Source: an uncultured Alphaproteobacteria bacterium (GTDB taxonomy: Bacteria; Pseudomonadota; Alphaproteobacteria; RF32; CAG-239). Taken from it: a DNA stretch of 64,000 bases. This document shows, piece after piece, positions 19,316-28,180 of the stretch; the first letter of the stretch is position 1; each line of letters opens with the position of its first letter. Location: the NCBI GenBank assembly GCA_944392205.1, contig CALXVV010000012.1, forward strand, positions 403-64,402. The letters run 5' to 3'. Made by a program: the position numbers and the translations under genes. Below the pieces are notes generated by a model that saw only the letters and a program-made list of their open reading frames with translations, was not told the origin of the DNA and ran no database searches.

Positions 19316-21093
19316 TGGAATCTTTTTTGATTAACTTTCATTTTTTGCGGCCGTGGTGGCTTTTGCTCCTCTTGATTCCGATTTTTTGGTTCGGCCGCTA
19401 TTGGCGCAGCAGTGCCAACAAATCTTCTTGGGAAAAAGTGGTTGATGAAAGGCTGCTCTCATACCTCTTGATCAAGGGCTCTTCAGGCCAAAGAAAAGTG
19501 ATGGCGTGGTTGGCGTTGCTTGGAATAATTATTGCCATTATCGCCGCGGCCGGCCCGAGCTGGGTTAAGATGGAAATTCCGGCCTTGGAAGCTGAAAATC
19601 CCTTGATGATTGCACTCAACCTCTCTACCGATATGCAAGAGAAAGACCTTACCCCCAGCCGCTTGGAGCGTGCAAAATACAAGATAAAAGATTTGCTTGA
19701 TGCCGCGCCTGAGGTGCAAAGCGGGCTGATGGTTTATTCCGCTGAGCCTTTTGTTATCTCCCCTTTCAGTGATGATACTAAATTGGCGAGCAATCTTCTC
19801 CCAGCCATTAGCTTTGATATTATGCCGGCCAATGGTGACAGGGCTGACAGAGCGATTGCCTTGGCGGTTAAGAAATTTCAGGATGCAGGCTTTCATAAAG
19901 GTGAAATTCTCTTGATTGCACCTGATGTCGGCCAAGGGTTTGATGCCGCCCTGCAAGAGGCTAAAAAAGCCAAAGAACTCGGTTTTAGGGTTAATATCCT
20001 CAATGCCTCTGCCCAAGATAACGAAAAACTGCAAATGCTCGCTGAGGCCGGTGGTGGAAAATATACCAGGCTTTTGAGTACAGATGCCGATATTCGCCAA
20101 TTTTTGCAAAGCCTGCAAAAGCCGTCTTCCGCTCTCAAAGAAAGCAAAAACGTGCAATCTGTTTGGCTTGATTATGGATACTATCTTTTGAGTATTCCGC
20201 TTTTGTGTTGTTTATACTTTTTCAGAAAAGGCATTTTTATCATTATTTTTAGCCTGATATTTGCCCATTCGGCGCAGGCAGGATTTTTCCTCAACAACAA
20301 TCAGGAAGGCTTGAGGGCTTTTAATGACTCAAATTTTGCCACCGCCAGCCAAAAGTTTGAGGACCCGGCATGGAAAGCCGCCAGCTATTATCGCATGGGC
20401 AACTATGATGAGGCCTATAAGCAATATGCCAAGGGAAATGACGCCACCTCTCTTTATAATCAGGGAAATGCTTTGGCCAAAGGAGGTAAAATCGAGGAGG
20501 CCATTGCCAAATATGAGGAAGTTTTGCAACTTGACCCTAACCATGAAGATGCCAAATTTAATCTTGAATATCTGAAACGCCAGCAAGAACAGCAACAACA
20601 AAATAATCAGCAACAAAGTCAGGATCAAGACCAAGAGCAAAACAAAGACGACCAATCTGCCGGCGGGAATGGCGACAATAACTCCCAAAATCAAGAGCAA
20701 AACCAGCCCCAAGGACAAAACAAAAGCCAAAATTCTGACCCAAACCAGGGGCAAAATGAGGGAAATGAAAACGAGCAATCCTCCGAATCTGGCGAGCAGA
20801 AGCCGCAAGGAGCAAATTCAACTCCCAACCAAGACAACGGCCAAAGCCCCCAAAATGACAAAGCCAACAATAGCTCTGCCAGTGGCGAGCCTTTGGGTGA
20901 GCAACCGCTTGAACAGCAAGAAGGAGAGCAAACACCTTCTGGGGCAGGCACTCAGATGGGCAAAGAAGATGAGGAATATGATGAGAAAGTTCAGGCCAGA
21001 GCTCAGCAATATCGTGAAATTCCCGAAGATCCGGGCGGGCTTTTGAAGGCTTTTATCTACAAAGAATATGCACGTAATCGGTATAATGATTAA
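19315..21093 (+). CDS. batB: VWA + TPR protein (BatB/BatC-like fusion) with a long Q/N/E-rich low-complexity region
   Basis: N-terminal FHFLRPWWLLLL motif, a VWA-like region, TPR segment (AASYYRMGNYDEAYKQY...GNALAKGGKIEEAIAKYEEVLQLDPNHEDAKFNLEY), about 150 aa of Q/N/E/S/G-rich sequence, and a conserved tail (IPEDPGGLLKAF). The start overlaps the batA stop (TAATG). Confidence 0.85.
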   Translation: MESFLINFHFLRPWWLLLLLIPIFWFGRYWRSSANKSSWEKVVDERLLSYLLIKGSSGQRKVMAWLALLGIIIAIIAAAGPSWVKMEIPALEAENPLMIALNLSTDMQEKDLTPSRLERAKYKIKDLLDAAPEVQSGLMVYSAEPFVISPFSDDTKLASNLLPAISFDIMPANGDRADRAIALAVKKFQDAGFHKGEILLIAPDVGQGFDAALQEAKKAKELGFRVNILNASAQDNEKLQMLAEAGGGKYTRLLSTDADIRQFLQSLQKPSSALKESKNVQSVWLDYGYYLLSIPLLCCLYFFRKGIFIIIFSLIFAHSAQAGFFLNNNQEGLRAFNDSNFATASQKFEDPAWKAASYYRMGNYDEAYKQYAKGNDATSLYNQGNALAKGGKIEEAIAKYEEVLQLDPNHEDAKFNLEYLKRQQEQQQQNNQQQSQDQDQEQNKDDQSAGGNGDNNSQNQEQNQPQGQNKSQNSDPNQGQNEGNENEQSSESGEQKPQGANSTPNQDNGQSPQNDKANNSSASGEPLGEQPLEQQEGEQTPSGAGTQMGKEDEEYDEKVQARAQQYREIPEDPGGLLKAFIYKEYARNRYND

Positions 21094-21105
21094 GAGGCTA
21101 AAAAA

Positions 21106-22839
21106 ATGAAAAAATTTGTTTTATCACTTATTATTTCTGTTATCTTGAGCGCAAACTCTTGGGCTCAGACTTTTGAGGCCAGGGTTAACCGCTCAAATGT
21201 GCCTGAGGGGGAGACCTTTTTACTCACGGTTGAGCTCCAAGACGCAAAGGCCAAAGGTACACCTGATTTTAGCGTCTTAAACCGAGATTTTACGACCTAT
21301 TCCGTTTCTAACGCCTACAGAACCAACATCATTAACGGAAAAGTCAGCCAGTCTCAGCAGTGGAACTTGGTGTTGATGCCGAACAAAGGCGGCAAGCTGA
21401 CTATTCCTTCCATCGTGCTTGACACATATAAAACAAACCCCATTACCATCAACGTGGGCGCAGTTCAACAGGTTGGCGGCGGCAATAACTCCTCTCAGCC
21501 TCAGGTTGCCAACGCCCCGCGGTTTAAAATCGAGGCTGAGGTTGATAATCGCACGCCTTATGTTCAACAACAAATCAACTACACCCTTACTTTGTATGAT
21601 ACCGGAGGTTTGCAAGGTGAGGCCCCCGTATTTTTGGCTGACAACGAAAACGATTGGATCATCAAAAGCTTGGGCGAGCCCCAAATTGACACCAAAACCG
21701 TTAATGGCAGGAGTTTCAGAGAAATCAAATTTCGCTACGCGATGTTTCCGCAAAAAAGCGGTGTGCAGGAAATTCCGGCCGTGCGCTTTAACGGATATTA
21801 TCTAACAAAAGAGCGCCGCAATGATCCCTTTGCCAAGTTTTTTGATGATGATTTGTTTATTGCCGGTTTTGGCATGAGCGATGTTTTTGCCACCAGAAAT
21901 CCGGTTGCTCTCACTGCCAAACCCATCAAAATCAATGTGCTGCCGGCTGCGCCTGAAAACGGCGGCAACTGGTGGCTGCCGGCAGAAGATGTCAAGCTCC
22001 ATGCCGAGTTCAATCCGCCCAAACCGCAATTTAAGCTCGGAGAAGCCGTTAACCGCACCATCTATCTGCAGGCCACCGGCGTGATTGACAGCCAACTGCC
22101 GGAACTTAAATTTAAATCCGTACCGGGACTTAAGCAATATCCGGAAAAACCGCTTTCTGAAATGCGGGTGGAAAACGGCAAAATTATTGCTTTGGAAAAA
22201 ATCACCAATGTCTATATTCCCTCTCAGGCCGGGGATATCACCCTGCCGGAGGTTAGCGTTAATTGGTTTAATGTTAAGACCAAGACAATGGAAAAGGCTA
22301 CGCTGCCGGCCATGAACATCAAGGTTATCGGCACTCCAGGCAGTGAGCCTCTGCCACAACCGACACACCAAGCCGCACCGCAAGCCCCTGCTCCACAGCC
22401 GCAACCATTGCCAAGCTCTGCACCCCAAACAGTGCCAAACATCTATGCTTTGTCGGCAACAGCTTTTGTTTTGGGAATCTTGCTTTGCCTCATATTTATT
22501 TGGCTTTGGAAAGCCCTTACCACCAAAGGAGAAAGCTCTTATAAAAAATTGGTCATCCGCGCGGCCAAAGAAAAAAATCTCAAACTCTTGCGCGATAGCT
22601 TGTTGGCCTGGGCGGCAAAGCACTATACGGATGAGCAAATCTTGTCTCTTGAGGATGTTGCCAAAATCTCTCAAAACAAGGACTTTGGCCTTGAGCTTGA
22701 TAAGCTTACAAGCGCGCTTTATGCCAAAGACACCTTGGGCTGGGATAGTGCATCATTTATCAAAATCTTCAACCAAGTCTGCAAACAAAAGCAAAAAAAT
22801 CCGAAAAAACAGGAAATTTTACCCAATCTTTATAAATAG
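21106..22839 (+). CDS. batD: BatD-like oxygen-tolerance protein
   Basis: Signal peptide, repeated beta-rich domains, a Pro/Gln-rich linker (PQPTHQAAPQAPAPQPQPLP), and a single transmembrane helix before the cytoplasmic tail. It sits immediately after batB. Confidence 0.8.
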   Translation: MKKFVLSLIISVILSANSWAQTFEARVNRSNVPEGETFLLTVELQDAKAKGTPDFSVLNRDFTTYSVSNAYRTNIINGKVSQSQQWNLVLMPNKGGKLTIPSIVLDTYKTNPITINVGAVQQVGGGNNSSQPQVANAPRFKIEAEVDNRTPYVQQQINYTLTLYDTGGLQGEAPVFLADNENDWIIKSLGEPQIDTKTVNGRSFREIKFRYAMFPQKSGVQEIPAVRFNGYYLTKERRNDPFAKFFDDDLFIAGFGMSDVFATRNPVALTAKPIKINVLPAAPENGGNWWLPAEDVKLHAEFNPPKPQFKLGEAVNRTIYLQATGVIDSQLPELKFKSVPGLKQYPEKPLSEMRVENGKIIALEKITNVYIPSQAGDITLPEVSVNWFNVKTKTMEKATLPAMNIKVIGTPGSEPLPQPTHQAAPQAPAPQPQPLPSSAPQTVPNIYALSATAFVLGILLCLIFIWLWKALTTKGESSYKKLVIRAAKEKNLKLLRDSLLAWAAKHYTDEQILSLEDVAKISQNKDFGLELDKLTSALYAKDTLGWDSASFIKIFNQVCKQKQKNPKKQEILPNLYK

Positions 22840-22881
22840 CGTTTATCATTATTCTTAAAGTAACAAAAGGATTTTTGGAAA

Positions 22882-24375
22882 ATGGAGATTTCAGAACTGC
22901 ATTTGCAAAAAATGCGTTATCCGAATAATGATTTTGACAGCTATTTTATCACGGCACAAGAAGTGGCTGAGGTTTTGGCTGTGGGGAAAATTCCGCATAT
23001 TACTTTGCCGCAAAGCTCAAACGGCCCAACCGTTGCGGTTTTGATGGCGGTTGAAAAACACCCGGACCGCGAAGAGCCTGACTACTATGTGCCTGAATTT
23101 TATGTAGAGGCTATCACGCAAAATGGCGGAAACCCCGTTTTTATCGGTTTTGATAAAACAGCAGAACAACTGCAACAAACCATGCCGCAGGCCATATTAT
23201 TGGTGGGTGGGGATTTTGCCTTTCCGCCCGCTTGGTTGGAAGAAGGCATCCAAGCCCATGGCGGAAATCTGCGCCGAGAAAAAGCCTATGAGACCATGAT
23301 AACTTATGCCAAAGAGCACAAACTGCCGCTTTTGGGTATTTGCGCCGGAGAGCAGGTTTTGGCCGGAACTTTGGGGGCAAAACTTTGCATGGTCAAAGGG
23401 CACCGTGCCTCCTTGGATGATGATGCCCACCTGATTAACATTGTTCCCCACACTCTGCTCGCCAAATTGTGCGGGCTAAAAATGGCTAAAGTCAACTCTA
23501 ACCACCACATGGCTGTATCTGCTAAAACAAGCGGAGATTTTGTTGTCTCGGCCACGGCAGAAGACGGCACCATTGAGGCTATTGAGCCTAAAGACCCGTG
23601 GCATTATTTTGTTTTGGGCGTGCAATGGCACCCCGAGCGCATGGTAAAAAAAGAAGATTTTCTCACGGATAGAATCTTCAATGGTTTCATGAAAGCGGCT
23701 CGCGGCGGCTTTGTGCATAATCATGAGGCCATCCCCTTTTCTCAGGCGCCGATGGTTGAGATTGACGACCCGCATTTTATTGTTGATATGATGTATGCCA
23801 AACCCCAAAACCTCTCCGGACAGCCGGTTTATGAGCTTTGCGGAATCGGCAACCATGCCTATGTGCGGATTGAATTGTGGGAGGCCCTAAAAAAGCTTAT
23901 TCCCTGGCTTGAGGAACATCAGCTCAAGCTCAAAATATGCGATGCCTTCCGCCCGATGAGTGCGCATATGGCGCTCAAAGAGGCAATCCACGAGAAAGGG
24001 CCCGGAATTTTTGCCAGCCTTGCGCAAACATCTAAACACTGCCACGGAACCGCAGTTGATGTCTTGCTCACCGATATGAACGGCAACGAGCTTGCCTACC
24101 CCACAAAAGTTGACTGCTACCGTCCTGATTTGGCAGCCAAAATCCAAAAAGGCGACACAAAAGATTTTTATGAATACACCAAATGCGGCCGGCATGACTA
24201 TTTTGCTCCCAACCTGGAAAAAGAAATTGCCAACCGCGAACAGCTTAAAAATCTTATGGAAAGTGTCGGCCTCATCTCTTGGGTGGGCGAATGGTGGCAC
24301 TATGAACTGCCCGACGAGTTTAACCTTGTTTACCCACCGGTCGAGCGCCGGCCAGGCAAGCGCCTGGAGGCATAA
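22882..24375 (+). CDS. Two-domain enzyme: N-terminal class-I glutamine amidotransferase-like peptidase C26 (gamma-glutamyl hydrolase type) fused to a C-terminal D-alanyl-D-alanine dipeptidase (VanX/DdpX, peptidase M15D)
   Basis: N-terminal domain: LPLLGICAGEQV (nucleophile Cys elbow) and VLGVQWHPE (His/Glu). C-terminal domain: ICDAFRP, SKHCHGTAVD (SxHxxGxAxD zinc motif) and EWWHYE. The last ~13 codons and the stop codon lie inside a repeat element. Confidence 0.85.
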   Translation: MEISELHLQKMRYPNNDFDSYFITAQEVAEVLAVGKIPHITLPQSSNGPTVAVLMAVEKHPDREEPDYYVPEFYVEAITQNGGNPVFIGFDKTAEQLQQTMPQAILLVGGDFAFPPAWLEEGIQAHGGNLRREKAYETMITYAKEHKLPLLGICAGEQVLAGTLGAKLCMVKGHRASLDDDAHLINIVPHTLLAKLCGLKMAKVNSNHHMAVSAKTSGDFVVSATAEDGTIEAIEPKDPWHYFVLGVQWHPERMVKKEDFLTDRIFNGFMKAARGGFVHNHEAIPFSQAPMVEIDDPHFIVDMMYAKPQNLSGQPVYELCGIGNHAYVRIELWEALKKLIPWLEEHQLKLKICDAFRPMSAHMALKEAIHEKGPGIFASLAQTSKHCHGTAVDVLLTDMNGNELAYPTKVDCYRPDLAAKIQKGDTKDFYEYTKCGRHDYFAPNLEKEIANREQLKNLMESVGLISWVGEWWHYELPDEFNLVYPPVERRPGKRLEA

Positions 24376-24500
24376 CTTAGCTGGTGCGAACGCGCACTTC
24401 GACCAGGCAAGCGCCTGGAGGCATAATCAAGCTGTAAACCGCAAGGCTAAAAAGCCTCTTCATCTGAAGAGGCTTTTTACGGCTTGCTGGCGCCAGTGCC
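24338..24500. repeat. Mosaic palindromic repeat cluster (REP/RPE-like), copy A
   Basis: Units present: CCGGTCGAGCGCCGG, CCAGGCAAGCGCCTGG (twice), GTGCGAACGCGCAC, ..TAA(C/T)..AGCTG(T/G).., then the hairpin AAAAAGCCTCTTCATCTGAAGAGGCTTTTT and CGGCTTGCTGGCGCCAGTGCC. Homologous clusters lie at 28686-28879, 39283-39412 and 41175-41422. Confidence 0.85.
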
Positions 24501-24517
24501 TTGACCAAATAAATTAA

Positions 24518-24545
24518 TTGCATTTTAATTTTTCTGCTCTAATAT
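24518..24545 (+). promoter_or_regulatory. Predicted sigma70-type promoter of leader RNA copy A
   Basis: TTGCAT, 16-nt spacer, TAATAT. It is part of a 42-nt block (24514-24555) that is identical at 28912-28953 and 41455-41496. Confidence 0.6.
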
Positions 24546-24551
24546 CATTTC

Positions 24552-24874
24552 CGCAAGGGCGAGTTGCCCCTGCGGAGTGTAGAAGCTCCTCTCAAGAAAA
24601 AGAACAACTCCTTTATGGGGAGCTGGGGATATAAGTATGCTTGCATGACGAATAAGGCAGACTGTCACGGTACAGTTTCGTCTTGCTGCGTAGGTTTCGC
24701 GCTTTGCGCTCAACAACTCCGCTTCGGTCACTTGTTTTCTAATTTCGTTTCGCTTGCTCACACTTCACTCACTCAATCAAGAAAACTTACGCCTCTTGTG
24801 GTAAAATCAACCGGAGCAGCGGTTGATTTTATCCTCGAGCTCCCCGCCTTGATTTTTCAAGGAGGTTTCTTTTT
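24552..24874 (+). ncRNA. Structured leader RNA, copy A (long variant with a ~150-nt insert), ending in an intrinsic terminator
   Basis: Shares the P1 hairpin (GCAAGGGC-GAGUU-GCCCCUGC), the GGAG..CUCC hairpin and the conserved blocks AACUCCU..UGGGGAGC, AUAUAAG, GACGAAUAA and AGACUGU with copies B and C. The terminator CCGCCUUGA-UUUU-UCAAGGAGG plus U-tract is at 24844-24874. The 5' end is only predicted from the promoter. Confidence 0.6.
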
Positions 24875-24899
24875 AATAAGAAATTTAGGAGTTGAAACG

Positions 24900-25139
24900 A
24901 TGAATAATAAAAAACAAGCTATCAGAGAACTTATTCAAAATCACGGCACTATTGCTCAGCAACTTCACCAACTGAGAGTGTCTAAACAATTATCTTTAGA
25001 GAAACTTTCTCATGACACCAGAATTCCTCTCTACATTTTGGACGATATGGAAATTGGCTCTCACCCCTTGCAGCTTTCCAATCTCTATATCTTAGCCAAA
25101 TACTACGGCAAAAAAATTCATATCCAACTGATAGATTAA
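24900..25139 (+). CDS. XRE-family helix-turn-helix protein (79 aa)
   Basis: AGGAG lies 8 nt upstream of the ATG at 24900. The sequence QLRVSKQLSLEKLSHDTRIPLYILDDMEIG fits the Cro/C1-type HTH pattern. The track's 191-aa version reads through the leader RNA, so I rejected it. Confidence 0.7.
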   Translation: MNNKKQAIRELIQNHGTIAQQLHQLRVSKQLSLEKLSHDTRIPLYILDDMEIGSHPLQLSNLYILAKYYGKKIHIQLID

Positions 25140-25143
25140 AAAA

Positions 25144-25171
25144 GTAGCCCACCGGTTAAACTGGTGGGCTA
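25144..25171. terminator. Bidirectional terminator between the HTH gene and secB
   Basis: TAGCCCACCGG-TTAAA-CTGGTGGGCTA hairpin. Confidence 0.75.
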
Positions 25172-25175
25172 TTCC

Positions 25176-25634
25176 TTATTGTTTTTCAGCTTTGGCAGCT
25201 TGATGCTTGGCGTTGTACATTGCCACAAAATCTATCGGGTTGAGCATCAAGGGCGGCAGGCCTCCGTTAAACAAGACATTGGTTATGGCCTGGCGAGCAT
25301 AGGGGAACAAAAGATGCGGAACCTCCACCATCAGCACCGGCTCTTTGTGCTCTTGCGGTACATTTAATGAAACCAAACCGCCATAGGTCATCTCCAGAAT
25401 AAAGAACTTTTCTTCCTTGACATCGCCATCTATGCGGAAAGTGAGCTCAACATTGTAAATATTGCCTTCAACCTCTTTGGCATTAATATTGACATCTATC
25501 TTGATTTTGGGCTCGCTGTCTATTTTCTTGAAAATCTCAGGCGCATGCGGAATCTCCAATGACAAGTCTTTGATGTATTGATTAATAATGCCAATGGCCG
25601 GGCCTTGGGGTTTGTTCTCATTTGCGTTTTCCAT
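25176..25634 (-). CDS. secB: Protein-export chaperone SecB
   Basis: 152 aa. Contains IINQYIKDLSLEIP, then FPYARQAITNVLFNGGLPPLMLNPIDF, which is characteristic of SecB. Confidence 0.9.
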   Translation of the reverse strand: MENANENKPQGPAIGIINQYIKDLSLEIPHAPEIFKKIDSEPKIKIDVNINAKEVEGNIYNVELTFRIDGDVKEEKFFILEMTYGGLVSLNVPQEHKEPVLMVEVPHLLFPYARQAITNVLFNGGLPPLMLNPIDFVAMYNAKHQAAKAEKQ

Positions 25635-25773
25635 AGAAACCTTCTCCTTATTTTTTGATATCTTTATTGCTTCTAGTTTTACACTCTAAAATTCCAGAGG
25701 TCAATAATAACAGTTGATAATAGTTACAAATACGTTATATTGAGAAAGATATGTAATGAGGACGTAAAAAAAG

Positions 25774-26451
25774 ATGATGACACATTTGGATATTTTGGTT
25801 TTGTTGGTTGTTGTGGTGTTGATTTTCCAACGCTTGCGCAGTGTGCTCGGAACTCGCCCCAATAATATAGAGGAAAAGAAAATCCGCCTCTCTAAGGAAA
25901 ATGCCGAGAAATTATACAATATCTTAAAAGACGAGGCCGACAAAATGCAAGCCGCCGAGGAAAAAAGTAAAGACTCCGCCGCCGAGCTGGTGCCTGAGGG
26001 TGAGCCTTTGAGCGAGCTTGACAAGACCTTGATGGAAATTCCAAACTTTAATAAAGCAAAATTCTTAAAAAGTGCCGAAAACGCCTTCCAAATCATTACC
26101 GAAGCCTTTAACAAAGGTGATGCGGAAACCTTGGAAATGCTCGTTAACAAAAAACTCTTTAAGAAATTTCAAGAAGTTATTGAAGATCGCAAGCAAAATA
26201 ATCTCTCTGCCGAAACTGATTTTATCGGCTTTGATAAGGTGGAAATCACCAAGGCCAAAATCTCTGCCGATAAGGTGGCCGAAATTACGGTCGAATTTGT
26301 CAGCGAGCAGGTTAACATTCTGCGTGATGCACAGGGCACCGTGATTGAGGGTGATGAAAACTATATCCAAAATATCACCGATGTCTGGACTTTTGAAAGA
26401 GCTATATCTTCAACCTCGCCTAACTGGCTTTTGATTTCTACTAAAAAATAA
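25774..26451 (+). CDS. Tim44-like domain protein
   Basis: N-terminal transmembrane helix and a C-terminal Tim44-like fold (FLKSAENAFQIITEAFNKGD...VWTFER...NWLL). The location next to secB is the conserved alphaproteobacterial arrangement. Confidence 0.8.
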   Translation: MMTHLDILVLLVVVVLIFQRLRSVLGTRPNNIEEKKIRLSKENAEKLYNILKDEADKMQAAEEKSKDSAAELVPEGEPLSELDKTLMEIPNFNKAKFLKSAENAFQIITEAFNKGDAETLEMLVNKKLFKKFQEVIEDRKQNNLSAETDFIGFDKVEITKAKISADKVAEITVEFVSEQVNILRDAQGTVIEGDENYIQNITDVWTFERAISSTSPNWLLISTKK

Positions 26452-27620
26452 TGAAGCAGCGCTATTTTAACATTTTTCTTGCCCTAATGCTCCTTGCCTC
26501 TTGCGGAAAGGAAGAAACGCCCCCCGCGCAAACGGAGCCTGAAGAAAAGCCCAAACTCCAACTGGTGGAAAAAACTTTTGACCAACTACCGGGATGGCAA
26601 GAAGATGATGTCTCTTTGGCCAGAGATGCCTTTTTGCAAAGCTGCCAGGCTCTTGCCAAGACAAAATCCCCCTTTATCGGCAAGGGTGAAATTAAAATTT
26701 CTGCCAACACCTACAAGCAGATTTGCAATGAGGCCAAACTCACCCCACAGCAACATTTTCGCCAATTTATCCTTGAGCATTTTACCCCATATCTGGTAAC
26801 TTATGAGGGCTCCGATGAGGGAAAATTCACCGCCTACTATGAGCCGCTTATTCATGTTTCGCACAATAAAGATGATAAATACAAATATCCTATCCACGCC
26901 AGGCCTCTTGACCTGATTGAATTTAACCCCCATGACTTTGACCCGCAAATGCCCTCAAAACGCCTGGTGGGCAGAGTAGACGGCCAAAAGCTGGTACCAT
27001 ATTATTCCAGAGAAGAAATTTTGCAAGGCAAAGGCAATGCGCCTGTTTTGCTCTGGTCTGACAGCTTTGTTGATGTCTTTATTATGCACATTCAGGGGCC
27101 AGCTGTGGCAGAACTCCCGGACAAAAGCAGAATCAGAATATCTTATGCCGACACAAACGGGCTGAAATTTCAGGGAATCGGTTCAATTTTGCTCAAGCAC
27201 GGAGAGCTCAAAAGCGGCGGCGCCTCTACGGACAAGGTCAAAAAATGGCTCATTGATAATCCCGACAAAGCCCGTGCTTATATGAATGAGAATCCGCGCT
27301 ATGTTTTCCACCGTTTGATTGGCGCCTCCGGTCCGGTCGGAGCGCTTGGCGTGCCGATTGCAGCCGGAAGATCTTTGGCGGTTGACCCGCAATTTATTCC
27401 GTTGGGGGCCTTGATGTGGCTTGATACTGTTGCCCCAAACGGAGAAAAAATCCAAAAGCTGGTTAATGCCCAAGATGTCGGCCGGGCTATCAAAGGAGCT
27501 ATTCGCGGAGATTATTATTGGGGCAGCGGCGGTGATGATATCTTGGCTCTGGCCGGCAAAATGAATGCCAAAGGGAGTTACTATATTTTGCTGCCTAAAG
27601 AAGAGAGGAATAATCCATGA
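26451..27620 (+). CDS. mltA: Murein transglycosylase A (lytic transglycosylase, lipoprotein)
   Basis: Lipobox LLASCG. Also present: TAYYEP, the RIS.AD.NG. region (RISYADTNGLKFQGIG), RSLAVDPQFIPLGA and AQDVGRAIKGAIRGDYYWG. Confidence 0.9.
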   Translation: MKQRYFNIFLALMLLASCGKEETPPAQTEPEEKPKLQLVEKTFDQLPGWQEDDVSLARDAFLQSCQALAKTKSPFIGKGEIKISANTYKQICNEAKLTPQQHFRQFILEHFTPYLVTYEGSDEGKFTAYYEPLIHVSHNKDDKYKYPIHARPLDLIEFNPHDFDPQMPSKRLVGRVDGQKLVPYYSREEILQGKGNAPVLLWSDSFVDVFIMHIQGPAVAELPDKSRIRISYADTNGLKFQGIGSILLKHGELKSGGASTDKVKKWLIDNPDKARAYMNENPRYVFHRLIGASGPVGALGVPIAAGRSLAVDPQFIPLGALMWLDTVAPNGEKIQKLVNAQDVGRAIKGAIRGDYYWGSGGDDILALAGKMNAKGSYYILLPKEERNNP

Positions 27621-28180
27621 CCAAAAAAATCTATAACCGGGCCGATGAGCTGGTTTTTCATGCCCTAAAAAAGGCTTTTGCCGAAAATAAAATTCATCTC
27701 TGCCTGGTGGAGAGCAAAATCAACCGTCCATCCTCTCCTGTTTATAACCCATGGGAGGTTTTGCTCCCAATTTTGGTGCCTGTTGTCTTGGGGCTTATTC
27801 TGATTTTGGCCGTTGGTCCGATATTTGGTCTCTTCTTTATGGTGGCCATGATTATGGTTTCTTCCAACTTGGTCAAGAAAAAGCTTGAGCAAAAACTTTT
27901 TGAGCGCACCAAGGAGCTCTTGCTCTCAGACTATGATAATTTTTGCAAGCTATGGGATTTTGGCGGCATTGTTCTGGTTAATGCCGAAAATAAAAAACTC
28001 GGGTGTATTGCCCCTGACGGCGATTGGAAGGAATTTGTCATCAAAAACTATGCTGATTTGATGATTGAGAAAAAAGAGGAAACTCCACCCCCTCCGCCGC
28101 AAGAGGAAAAACCGGTAGAACCCAAAACCAAAGAGGCCAAAAATGAAACGCCTGGATCAAGACGTCGCCCCCGTCGATGA
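27617..28180 (+). CDS. Hypothetical membrane protein with a Pro/Lys/Glu-rich tail
   Basis: 187 aa with two adjacent transmembrane helices and an ATGA overlap with mltA. Confidence 0.6.
   Translation: MTKKIYNRADELVFHALKKAFAENKIHLCLVESKINRPSSPVYNPWEVLLPILVPVVLGLILILAVGPIFGLFFMVAMIMVSSNLVKKKLEQKLFERTKELLLSDYDNFCKLWDFGGIVLVNAENKKLGCIAPDGDWKEFVIKNYADLMIEKKEETPPPPPQEEKPVEPKTKEAKNETPGSRRRPRR

Noticed and set aside
21802-22674. A 290-aa minus-strand ORF lies here. Similar cases are 19483..20157 (224 aa) and 20329..20808 (159 aa).
   Set aside because: They are antisense to batD and batB, which have domain support and operon coupling. The 20.3-20.9 kb ORFs simply mirror the Q/N/E low-complexity tract.
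24338-24500. I considered whether the short palindromic repeat clusters (also at 28686-28879, 39283-39412 and 41175-41422) are CRISPR arrays.
   Set aside because: The units are heterogeneous, shuffled and irregularly spaced, with no constant repeat/spacer periodicity. No cas genes are in the window. They behave like REP/RPE-type mosaic elements.
24525-24761. A 78-aa minus-strand ORF lies over leader RNA copy A.
   Set aside because: It lies antisense to a sequence whose conservation pattern is RNA-like (compensatory stem changes). There is no equivalent ORF in copies B or C.
24564-24899. The track's 191-aa ORF (24564..25139) would extend the HTH protein 112 codons upstream.
   Set aside because: The extension reads straight through the conserved leader RNA and its terminator. 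It has no RBS, whereas the internal ATG at 24900 has AGGAG 8 nt upstream and gives a complete HTH protein.
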